From Candidatus Roizmanbacteria bacterium (lineage in GTDB: Bacteria; Patescibacteriota; Microgenomatia; UBA1406), in assembly GCA_024654535.1 (NCBI GenBank), contig JANLHL010000038.1, positions 315,824-379,823 on the forward strand: DNA of 64,000 nucleotides, given 5' to 3'. Each line of letters begins with the position of its first letter. Position 1 is the stretch's first letter. The position numbers were made by a program, and so were the translations under genes. Below the pieces are notes generated by a model. It was not told the DNA's origin, ran no database searches, and was given only the letters and a program-made list of their open reading frames with translations. Positions 26,819 to 35,023 of this stretch are shown piece by piece.

Positions 26819-27436
26819 TTAATTACCTGCATATACAGGAGTTGTAACAAATCCAGCTCGAGCGATAGGGAAGTAGCGAAACACTACGCGTCCGATTATG
26901 TGTTTAAATGGAATAAGTCCGTATTCTCGTGAATCAGATGAACCTGGTCTATTGTCACCGAGAACAAAAAATGAACCCTGAGGTATTGAAATTCGATCTC
27001 CTTCTTTTAGAAAACCCCCTGGAAAAACTGGGGTATAGACTGATATGTATGGCTCACTCAATTCTCTTTCATTTAAATATACCTTGCCATTGTTTATCGA
27101 TACTGAATCTCCCGGCAACCCTATGATCCTTTTTATGAAGTCTATGTCTGCGTTGGCCGGAGACTGTAAAATGACAACTTCTCCCCGTTGCGGCTGTCTA
27201 AGCTTATAGGTTATTTTATCCGTAAGAATGTACTCTTTATCTTTAAATGTAGGCAACATAGAGCTACCACGTATCATGTTGGGTTGGGCTATATAAATAT
27301 AAAAAACAACAAAAAAAGCACCACCAAGTGCAATTTGTTGCAGTATGTCAAATAAAAAATCTACCACCCGCATGGCTGGTGATTTATTGATAGGTTTACC
27401 TTCTTCTATTTTTTTCCCTAGCGACCATTGTTCCAT
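26819..27436 (-). CDS. lepB: Signal peptidase I
   Basis: GSSMLPTF (catalytic Ser box), RIIGLPGD and GDNRPGSSDSR. The start is re-called to the ATG at 27436 because the ORF-track TTG is part of TTGTATAAT. Confidence 0.9.
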   Translation of the reverse strand: MEQWSLGKKIEEGKPINKSPAMRVVDFLFDILQQIALGGAFFVVFYIYIAQPNMIRGSSMLPTFKDKEYILTDKITYKLRQPQRGEVVILQSPANADIDFIKRIIGLPGDSVSINNGKVYLNERELSEPYISVYTPVFPGGFLKEGDRISIPQGSFFVLGDNRPGSSDSREYGLIPFKHIIGRVVFRYFPIARAGFVTTPVYAGN

Positions 27437-27442
27437 AATTGC

Positions 27443-27450
27443 ATTATACA
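27443..27450 (-). promoter_or_regulatory. -10 box TGTATAAT, 6 nt before the lepB ATG
   Basis: Minus strand reads TGTATAAT-gcaatt-ATG. Confidence 0.55.
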
Positions 27451-27514
27451 AGATATATGTTAAAAGAGAAGATTCAAAAAAGCTATAAAATGCAAAGTGA
27501 AAAATAATAACACA

Positions 27515-27523
27515 TGTTACAAT
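27515..27523 (+). promoter_or_regulatory. Extended -10 TGTTACAAT, 6 nt before the topA ATG
   Basis: TGTTACAAT-aggtag-ATG. Confidence 0.6.
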
Positions 27524-27529
27524 AGGTAG

Positions 27530-29623
27530 ATGAAACTCATTATTGTCGAATCGCCGACGAAAGCAAGAACTTTTGGAAAATTTCTTAAGGTAGGTGAGCT
27601 TGAGATAATTTCAAGCATGGGACACGTCAGGGATTTACCACAAAAAAAACTCGGGGTGGAAATTGAGAAGACGTTTTTACCGACATATGAAATCTTGCCG
27701 GGTAAAAAGAAGCTAATTGATGAAATAATTCGCAAAGCGCGACATGCAAAAGAAGTAATACTCGCAACAGATCCTGATAGGGAGGGTGAAGCGATCGCGT
27801 TCCACTTACGATACGTGATTCACGAGTCTGTACCGAAAGTAACATTTAAGAGAATAGTGTTCCATGAAATTACAGAAGAAGCACTGCAAGATGCTTTAAA
27901 AAATCCACGGGATATTGATGAGCGCTTATTTGATGCACAACAAGCGCGACGCATACTCGATAGACTTGTTGGATATACCATCTCACCATATTTGTGGAAA
28001 AAGTTTTCTAAATATTGGTTGTCGGCTGGTCGCGTTCAAACTGTTGCCTTGCGCTTTGTAGTAGAGCGTGAAAAAGAACGTGAAAAATTTAAATCTGTTT
28101 CGTATTATAGTTTTGAAAGTGAATTTAAAGTTCGGCAAGAATTGGTATTAGCACAGCTTGTTCGATTACGTGGAAAAAGTTTTTATACGAGTACCTCATT
28201 GTCACTGTTCGATGGTAAGTATACCTATAAGAGCTCCATAGTTACTTCAGAGGATGAAGCCCGTATAGAAAAAGAGAGATTAGAAAAAGAAGACTACTCA
28301 TTGAGCGGTGTTTCTGAAACGCTTGTGAAAAAAACTCCTCCTCCACCATTTACTACTTCTTCTTTACAACAGCATGCTTCAACAACGATGGGGTATAGTG
28401 CAAAAAAAACTATGAGAACTGCCCAGGCATTATATGAAAAAGGGTTGATTTCTTATCATCGCACAGATTCTACAACCTTATCTACTGCGTTTATTGAAAA
28501 AGTTCGTGATTACGTGAAAAATACTTTTGGCGATGATTATTTAGCAACAGGGGTACGAAATTATAAAACAAAAGTGAAAAATGCCCAAGAAGCACATGAA
28601 GCAATACGTCCTACTAACATAGTAACTACCCCATTGAATCTTAAAGATAGTACTCCAACAGATCAAGCCAAACTTTACGAGGCTATTTATAACCGTGCCC
28701 TTGCAACGCAGATGACCGACGCTACTTTCAAAAAGCAACTTTTGACGTTTATAAGCTCGCAGGAAGACGAGTTTACAGCAGAAGCACAGATCATGGTACA
28801 TCCAGGTTTTTTACGTTTATATCAGCAAAAAGCCCAAGAGATGTTATATTCTGTTGCGAAGGATGATGTTGTAGAGTTGAAATTACTTAATATGCTTGCA
28901 AAAGAAACCCAGTTACCACCTCAATATACAGAAGCAAGCTTAATAAAGTCTTTGGAAAAGAGGGGAATCGGTCGCCCTTCAACATATGCACCAATAGTAA
29001 GTCTTATTCAAGAGCGTCAATATGTGCGCAAACAAGATCGCGCTCTTTCGCCATCTGTGCTCGGTACTAAAATCGCTGATGTTCTCAGTGAGTATTTTGC
29101 AAAAATATTTGATGTAGATTTCACAGCTGGAATGGAAGAAAAACTTGATGATATTGGAACAGGGTCGTTATCGTGGAAAACAGTACTTACTGATTTTTAT
29201 GGTCCTCTTGAAATTCTTTTAAAAAAAGCATACGAAAATACTGAAAAGATACGCGTGGAGGAAAAAACAGATGAAGTATGTCCTAAGTGTAGTAAAAAAC
29301 TTGTGATTAAAATATCACGTTTCGGTAAATTTTATGCTTGTGAAGGATTTCCTACATGCAAATTTACCAAGCCGTATCTGCAAAAAACGGGTGTAGTATG
29401 CCCTCAATGTTCTAAAGGGGAACTGGTTATGAGATTCTCTAAGAAAAAGCGGCGTTTTTATGGCTGTGATAGATATCCTGAATGTGATTATACAAGTCTG
29501 TGGCTGAAGAAAACAGATGAGAATGAAGTGATAGACAGTAAAAAAAATAAAACAACTAAAAAAAAGCTAAAAAAGAAATCCGATCAGAAGAAAAGCGCTC
29601 CCCGCAAGAAAAAGAATAATTGA
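27530..29623 (+). CDS. topA: DNA topoisomerase I
   Basis: Toprim IIVESPTKA and DPDREGE, active-site region ISYHRTDS, two C4 zinc ribbons (CPKC..C..C and CPQC..C..C), and a Lys-rich tail. Confidence 0.95.
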   Translation: MKLIIVESPTKARTFGKFLKVGELEIISSMGHVRDLPQKKLGVEIEKTFLPTYEILPGKKKLIDEIIRKARHAKEVILATDPDREGEAIAFHLRYVIHESVPKVTFKRIVFHEITEEALQDALKNPRDIDERLFDAQQARRILDRLVGYTISPYLWKKFSKYWLSAGRVQTVALRFVVEREKEREKFKSVSYYSFESEFKVRQELVLAQLVRLRGKSFYTSTSLSLFDGKYTYKSSIVTSEDEARIEKERLEKEDYSLSGVSETLVKKTPPPPFTTSSLQQHASTTMGYSAKKTMRTAQALYEKGLISYHRTDSTTLSTAFIEKVRDYVKNTFGDDYLATGVRNYKTKVKNAQEAHEAIRPTNIVTTPLNLKDSTPTDQAKLYEAIYNRALATQMTDATFKKQLLTFISSQEDEFTAEAQIMVHPGFLRLYQQKAQEMLYSVAKDDVVELKLLNMLAKETQLPPQYTEASLIKSLEKRGIGRPSTYAPIVSLIQERQYVRKQDRALSPSVLGTKIADVLSEYFAKIFDVDFTAGMEEKLDDIGTGSLSWKTVLTDFYGPLEILLKKAYENTEKIRVEEKTDEVCPKCSKKLVIKISRFGKFYACEGFPTCKFTKPYLQKTGVVCPQCSKGELVMRFSKKKRRFYGCDRYPECDYTSLWLKKTDENEVIDSKKNKTTKKKLKKKSDQKKSAPRKKKNN

Positions 29624-30430
29624 ATTTTCGATAAACCCAGTTGAAGGTATCGCTTTTGGCGTTATTGTTTCTATATGTGTTATTTGAGTAGTGGGGATTC
29701 TTGTTGCAAGAGCCAATTGAGTGGGTTCTTGGGTTACTGCGTACGCAAGATATGTTGGTGCAACTGTTGGTGTGTGTGTACTAGATGTATTTGTATGAGT
29801 CGGTGAACTTGCAATTCGAGTAGCGGTGATAGTCTCTTTGGTTGGGGTGGCAGTTGGTGAAGGAGCTGTTGAAGGTGTTGGAGTACGTGAAAGCAAAGCT
29901 CGAAAACTTGAAGTCGGTGTTAAAGTAATGGGAGTCGATGTCTTTGTTGGAGATAGCGCTGAGTCATTGACAATTGTAATCGTTGGTTGTTTTGTAACTG
30001 TTGGCATACTCGTTGAATCGGTGGTTGCAGGTAGGCTATTAGTTTTTGTGGGTAAAATAGGCGCATTTTGTGTTGGTATGGTCGATGTGGGGTTTTGATT
30101 TGTTTGGGCACGAGGGATATATGTTATGTTGTTATTTCGGGTGAAAAGCACTACTGCCCCAACAAAAACGATAAAAATACTGACTATAGCGTAATATGCC
30201 ATCTTCAATTTTTGTTTATTCCTTGTTATGCTTATTGTTTCCTCATGTGCGTGTCTGTCGATGTTTTCGATAAATTTTTTTGGATCGACTACATAACTGT
30301 TTTGTTTAAGTGAAGGAATATTTGGTTTTTTGTGCTTTTTTTTGTATTTTAAGTATTGTACGATTTGGTAGAGTAGGGTACCGCTAATACCAATGAATGC
30401 TAGTATAGGAATTATTGTTGCAGTATTCAT
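29567..30430 (-). CDS. Thr/Pro-rich membrane/surface protein with a C-terminal IPSTGF + TM sorting-like signal
   Basis: Two N-terminal TMs, a ~150-aa T/P/S-rich stalk, and the C-terminus KAIPSTGFIENSIILFLAGSAFLLIGFLF. The last 57 nt overlap the topA 3' end on the opposite strand. Confidence 0.55.
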   Translation of the reverse strand: MNTATIIPILAFIGISGTLLYQIVQYLKYKKKHKKPNIPSLKQNSYVVDPKKFIENIDRHAHEETISITRNKQKLKMAYYAIVSIFIVFVGAVVLFTRNNNITYIPRAQTNQNPTSTIPTQNAPILPTKTNSLPATTDSTSMPTVTKQPTITIVNDSALSPTKTSTPITLTPTSSFRALLSRTPTPSTAPSPTATPTKETITATRIASSPTHTNTSSTHTPTVAPTYLAYAVTQEPTQLALATRIPTTQITHIETITPKAIPSTGFIENSIILFLAGSAFLLIGFLF

Positions 30431-30451
30431 ATATGTATTATGCCAAAATAA

Positions 30452-31768
30452 TCAATACAGTAACAGTATCATCCCCAGCAAACTAAACGTCGATGCAAGA
30501 ACGATGAGGAAATTATTTGAAAATCCTGTTGTTGGAATACTATTTTTCGCAATTATTGAGGTCGGCTGAAGGGTTGGTGAAACGGTCATTATATCAGTTG
30601 GCGTTGTAGGTGACGTTGGGCTACTTGACGGTATAGGTGTTGGCGTTGGATCTATGGATGATTCGGTTGGTATTGGCGTTATTGTCAATGTAGCAGAGGC
30701 AGTTGCGTCTCCTAGAACGCTTTCTCCATTTTTGCCGACATTAAATAACACACTCGTGCTTGCCTTTTCAATTTCGCTACTTACATTTAAGGTGTATGTC
30801 CCTGCAGTGAGGGCTGTTGTATTTTGGAACTCCCAGACACCATCTACGTTTGTCTTCACTGAGGTTTGGAGATGTATTGGTTCGATAGTTAACTGCAGAG
30901 TCGAAGATGCTTGTGCTATTCCTCTAAATCGTACAAATCGGGAAGGTATTACTGCTCCGTCTTGTGGGAAGGCTATCTGTAAATTTTTTAATGTAATTTT
31001 TTGAGTTTCACTACCGAGCACGTTCGGACTTGTTTTATCTTTCCCAAGGACTACCGATTGTAGCGGTGAAGTTTGGAGAAGTGTCGTTACTATATGTGAG
31101 GTGGTAACACCATCGGTGAAATCGATATAGACTGTCGTTGAATCATCAAGTGTTAACGAATTGCCATCCTTATCTTGTACCAAAGGGATGGCAATCATCC
31201 ATGAGCCGTCAGAACCTGAAACAGTAGTAAATACCTGCGATGTTGCTATGTGGGGTAATGTTAATGTTGCGAGTACACCCTGAGCGGGCTTTAGATTTTT
31301 TCCGACAACTTTACCGAATAGAGGAGAGTGGCCGGGAGATTTCTGTATTGATCCATAAGTCTGAAATAAGTACTTGGTACTTGTATACGTTTTTCCATTT
31401 ATTTGAATTGTAAAACTGTAACTAGTGTTAGTATCGAGGTTTGTGAGTGTTATATAGTGAGCTGTTCGTTTTGTTGGCTTTTGTGTATCTCGCGCATCAA
31501 ATGCAATCGATGATGGTTCAACCCCTTTTTTCCCGTACTGTACAAATGAACTTGCAGCTTGTATTGTTGTGAAACTGATGGTGGCCGATGCGTTCGTAGT
31601 ATTACTTACCGTAACATTTTCAGGAGGTGTAGATTGTGCTGCCTTCGAGTTTGTATTAAGACGTATGTTTCTCATGAAGAAAGACATACCAATAGTGAGA
31701 ACTATAAGAAAACTGTAAACGACGAGTGAGGGTAATCTTTTTTCTTGATGGAGAAAATAATAACTCAT
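30452..31768 (-). CDS. Surface protein (FN3-like, carboxypeptidase-regulatory-like and Ig-like domains, T/P stalk) with a C-terminal IPTTGF + TM signal
   Basis: N-terminal TM. PENVTVSNTTNASATISFTT...YSFTIQINGKTY is FN3-like. GKVVG...TVSGSDGSWMIAIPL is CarboxypepD_reg-like. The C-terminus is NSIPTTGFSNNFLIVLASTFSLLGMILLLY. Confidence 0.65.
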   Translation of the reverse strand: MSYYFLHQEKRLPSLVVYSFLIVLTIGMSFFMRNIRLNTNSKAAQSTPPENVTVSNTTNASATISFTTIQAASSFVQYGKKGVEPSSIAFDARDTQKPTKRTAHYITLTNLDTNTSYSFTIQINGKTYTSTKYLFQTYGSIQKSPGHSPLFGKVVGKNLKPAQGVLATLTLPHIATSQVFTTVSGSDGSWMIAIPLVQDKDGNSLTLDDSTTVYIDFTDGVTTSHIVTTLLQTSPLQSVVLGKDKTSPNVLGSETQKITLKNLQIAFPQDGAVIPSRFVRFRGIAQASSTLQLTIEPIHLQTSVKTNVDGVWEFQNTTALTAGTYTLNVSSEIEKASTSVLFNVGKNGESVLGDATASATLTITPIPTESSIDPTPTPIPSSSPTSPTTPTDIMTVSPTLQPTSIIAKNSIPTTGFSNNFLIVLASTFSLLGMILLLY

Positions 31769-31959
31769 TGTCTCTCCATTAACGTATTTAATACTGTCTT
31801 CCCTTTAATCTCACGAATTTCCATTTTCATACTACTGGAGTAATCTACTGTATATTTTTCATTTTTGTTTATGTGGTACACATCAACAAAAATCCATATA
31901 AGTATTGTAATAAAAATAGTGAGAGATATGATGAATAATTCTTTAGATGATAATTTCAT
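31765..31959 (-). CDS. Small single-TM protein (64 aa) in the PilN/PilO-like operon
   Basis: 4-nt overlaps at both ends with flanking genes. N-terminal TM LFIISLTIFITILIWIFV. Confidence 0.45.
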   Translation of the reverse strand: MKLSSKELFIISLTIFITILIWIFVDVYHINKNEKYTVDYSSSMKMEIREIKGKTVLNTLMERQ

Positions 31960-32498
31960 TTTGGAGCGTAGAAATATGAACTAATAAGCATGGGGGTTTT
32001 CAGCTGTGCAGATTCTGTTCCTTCCGCTTTGCCAAGTTGAATTTGCTCAACCGTAAAAATACGGGGACGTTGAAAAAGAAATCCAACAAATTTTTTAATT
32101 TGAGTATATTCTCCCTGTGTTGAAATAGAGATGGCTATAGGTGTAAGCGCATCAGCAGAGGAAGGTATTATTTGTTGTTGTTCAATAGAGAGCGAGTTGA
32201 TAGTGGCACTTGAACTTGCGAGAAGTTGTTTGATATCCGTTATGCGCATTTTTTGTGGGAGAGCCTTGTCAAGGACGTCTATGTTTTCTGCAAGAGTCAT
32301 ATAGGTATTTTGTGCTTTAATTATATTTTGAATTTTAATTTCTAGTGTTTTATCTATGTTTGTTAATTCTTCTTGTTCGTGAAATAAAGAGACTATGAGT
32401 TCTACGGAAGGTTTAATAGCAAATATAAGAAAAAATGACGTAAATAGCAGGAGAAGTGAAGCTGTTGAATAATTTTTGATTCGCTGTTTTAAATTCAT
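31956..32498 (-). CDS. PilO-like type IV pilus assembly protein
   Basis: N-terminal TM, a coiled-coil segment, then ISISTQGEYTQIKKFVGFLFQRPRIFTVEQIQL, which resembles the PilO C-terminal fold motif. Confidence 0.55.
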   Translation of the reverse strand: MNLKQRIKNYSTASLLLLFTSFFLIFAIKPSVELIVSLFHEQEELTNIDKTLEIKIQNIIKAQNTYMTLAENIDVLDKALPQKMRITDIKQLLASSSATINSLSIEQQQIIPSSADALTPIAISISTQGEYTQIKKFVGFLFQRPRIFTVEQIQLGKAEGTESAQLKTPMLISSYFYAPK

Positions 32499-33016
32499 GT
32501 TTGTATTTTCACATTGAATGTATATTTTCCTTCATCGATAGTAATGAGCTTAATGGCAACACTATTTTCTCCGAGTATTTTTTTAAGTCTTTTTTCATAT
32601 TTTTTAATATCTATTGCATTGTACGTAGTCCCTGATACTTCTACGGTATTATCTTTCAGCGAAAAGCTACTTAAGAGAACGGATGAGGGTACGTTGTCCA
32701 GTACTGTTGTGAAGAGTGTATACGTTGACTTTTGCGCAAGTAACAATGTGTCTATTTCTGTTATCTTTTTTGCCATTTTATTATTATTTTGTATAAGTGG
32801 CAAAGCGGCAATTATTATTTGGTTCTTTTGATCTATTCCTTCCTTCAAATCGACTATCCGTTGATCTAAAAGAATTTTTACAAAAAAAACTCCCAGAACA
32901 ACAAGCTCCGTTATAATAAGGATATAGCGAATGTATTGGTTAAGAAAATCCACAGCAACAGTGACAAATGCAGATTTTTTTCTTTCCAATAAATTAAATT
33001 TATAGGCTGTAGCCAT
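32495..33016 (-). CDS. PilN-like type IV pilus assembly protein
   Basis: N-terminal FNLL motif, then a TM and coiled coil, then LSSFSLKDNTVEVSGTT. The ATG at 33016 is preferred over the ORF-track TTG at 33040. Confidence 0.55.
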   Translation of the reverse strand: MATAYKFNLLERKKSAFVTVAVDFLNQYIRYILIITELVVLGVFFVKILLDQRIVDLKEGIDQKNQIIIAALPLIQNNNKMAKKITEIDTLLLAQKSTYTLFTTVLDNVPSSVLLSSFSLKDNTVEVSGTTYNAIDIKKYEKRLKKILGENSVAIKLITIDEGKYTFNVKIQT

Positions 33017-33067
33017 GCTATTATGGTAACCTTTTTTCAAGATCTAGTCTAGTGATTTATTGGAGAT

Positions 33068-33304
33068 TTATTTTTTGAGGAGCTTTGAGATGCGTGATTT
33101 GAGGCGATTCGCTTTATTCTTATGAATAATATTATTTTTAGAGGCTTTATCTATGTACGATATTGCTTTTTGTAAAGCTTCTTTTGTTTTTTTCTTCAAA
33201 AAAGACTGCATGCTATCACGCATTTTTTTCTGTCGCGTTTTATTCATTGCGAGCCTTTTTTTATCTTGACGTTGTTTCTTCTTTGCAGATGCTATGTTTG
33301 GCAT
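33068..33304 (-). CDS. rpsT: 30S ribosomal protein S20
   Basis: MPNIASAKKKQRQDKKR...IHKNKANRLKSR. Confidence 0.9.
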   Translation of the reverse strand: MPNIASAKKKQRQDKKRLAMNKTRQKKMRDSMQSFLKKKTKEALQKAISYIDKASKNNIIHKNKANRLKSRISKLLKK

Positions 33305-33329
33305 AATGTATATACTTTCTTAAAACTTA

Positions 33330-33338
33330 TGTCATAAT
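33330..33338 (+). promoter_or_regulatory. Extended -10 TGTCATAAT, 8 nt before the murJ ATG
   Basis: TGTCATAAT-tatacacg-ATG. It overlaps the divergent rpsT -10 box. Confidence 0.55.
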
Positions 33339-33344
33339 TATACA
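33337..33344 (-). promoter_or_regulatory. -10 box TGTATAAT for rpsT (leader ~30 nt)
   Basis: Minus strand reads cgTGTATAAT, interlocked with the murJ -10 box. Confidence 0.45.
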
Positions 33345-33346
33345 CG

Positions 33347-35023
33347 ATGTTTCGGCAAAGTCTACTACTAATGCGCAAGCTCTACGGGTTTTCCCAAAAG
33401 ACCTTATATGCTTCTACTGTAGTAATTATTGTAACAATGATAACAGCACGTTTGCTGGGGATTGTGAAATTGCGGATTTTGACGAGCTTCTATAGTAGTA
33501 GTGAGTTAGATTTGTACTTAGCTGCCTTTCGTGTTCCAGACTTCATTTTTGATGTGCTTGTAGCAGGTTCAATCAGCGCTTGTTTCATTCCTATCATCAT
33601 GGAAATGGAAGAGGATAAACAGCACGATAGGGTGTTTCCCTTTACAATTACACTTATTTCTATCTTTCTTCTTGTTTGGTTAGCGGTGCTTTTTTTGATA
33701 ATTCCGATTCGGTACGAATTATTTTCATTCTTATTGCGTGGTTATAGCATAGAAAAAGTACGTGTTGTGACTGATATATCTATGGTACTTTTAGTTGGTC
33801 AAATTCCATTTATGCTTCTCGGAAACGTATTCGGAGCTTTGATGCAGTCTCGAAAACAGTTTTTAGTCCCTGGATTGGCTCCTATTTTTTATAATCTAGG
33901 GATAATTCTTGGGATACTTATATTTTCACCAAAAATAGGTCTATGGGCGGCTGTGTATGGTGTTTTAATCGGCGCGTTCTTGTATATGCTGGTTGTTTTG
34001 CCGAGTATAGCTTTTTCGCACATACAATTTCCTGTGCACATCGTTTTTGATCGATATCTTCGTTCATTTTTTCGCTCATTTTTACCGAGAGCCTTTAGTG
34101 TCATCGCTACACAAATAGATGCTTCTGTTGACTTGTTATTAGCAACATTAAGAGGTCCTGGGGCATACTCTGCTTTTTATCTTGCGCAGACTTTGCAGAT
34201 AATTCCGGTGAGTTTTATGGGTACTGCAATGGCTCAAACTATTTTGCCTTTTTTTACTGATCTCCATGTAAAAAAGAACCATGCACGAATTATGGAGCAA
34301 CTGACACGTATTACACTCCTTATTTTTTTTGTATTGATACCAGTGGTTGCAGTTTTTACTGTGCTTCGAACGCCAATAATCCGACTTGTATATGGTAGTC
34401 ATAAATTTGATTGGGAAGCGACAGTTACGACGGCAACAGTTTTTTCTGTCTTTGCACTTTCAATACCGTTCCATACGCTTTACTATATCGTGACCCGCGT
34501 TTACTTTGCGCTTCACGATACTAAAACTCCGTTTGTTGTTGGAGTTATATCGACGGTAATGAATTCTCTATTGAGTTATGTATTTGTTGCAGTCCTTCAT
34601 TATCCCATCTGGTATCTGGCTCTTTCTTTTTCTGTATCTATTACCATAAATACGATTGTACTTTACTATTTACTCGTTCGGAGACTTGACCATATACAAT
34701 TTAGAACTATTGCCATAAGACTTTGTGGCATTATAACGATAGGTATAGTGATGGGGCTTGTCATGCTGGCATTTCGCAAATTACTCGATGGTTTAGTCTT
34801 TGATACAACGAGAACTTTACATGTATTTTGGCTCACATCAATTTGTGGGCTGATTGGAGCGGCTGTGTATGGGTATCTTGCATGGATTTTTATTCCTAGG
34901 GAATTTTCAGACTTATGGAACCTAATTCAACGTTTCTCTTTTTTGAAAAAAGCAATGAACGTATATATGAGATTATTTTTTAGTTATCCAGTGAAATCAC
35001 CACATGAAGAAAAATACGATTGA
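33347..35023 (+). CDS. murJ: Lipid II flippase MurJ (MviN family)
   Basis: 558 aa, about 14 TMs, with an MviN-like N-terminal pattern (SRLLGIVKLRILTSFY...). Confidence 0.9.
   Translation: MFRQSLLLMRKLYGFSQKTLYASTVVIIVTMITARLLGIVKLRILTSFYSSSELDLYLAAFRVPDFIFDVLVAGSISACFIPIIMEMEEDKQHDRVFPFTITLISIFLLVWLAVLFLIIPIRYELFSFLLRGYSIEKVRVVTDISMVLLVGQIPFMLLGNVFGALMQSRKQFLVPGLAPIFYNLGIILGILIFSPKIGLWAAVYGVLIGAFLYMLVVLPSIAFSHIQFPVHIVFDRYLRSFFRSFLPRAFSVIATQIDASVDLLLATLRGPGAYSAFYLAQTLQIIPVSFMGTAMAQTILPFFTDLHVKKNHARIMEQLTRITLLIFFVLIPVVAVFTVLRTPIIRLVYGSHKFDWEATVTTATVFSVFALSIPFHTLYYIVTRVYFALHDTKTPFVVGVISTVMNSLLSYVFVAVLHYPIWYLALSFSVSITINTIVLYYLLVRRLDHIQFRTIAIRLCGIITIGIVMGLVMLAFRKLLDGLVFDTTRTLHVFWLTSICGLIGAAVYGYLAWIFIPREFSDLWNLIQRFSFLKKAMNVYMRLFFSYPVKSPHEEKYD

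Noticed and set aside
29650-30700. Repetitive-looking DNA (ACC/CCA/ACT-rich) that might be a tandem repeat or CRISPR-like array.
   Set aside because: There is no regular repeat-spacer periodicity. It is the codon-level consequence of Thr/Pro/Ser-rich low-complexity linkers within two ORFs.
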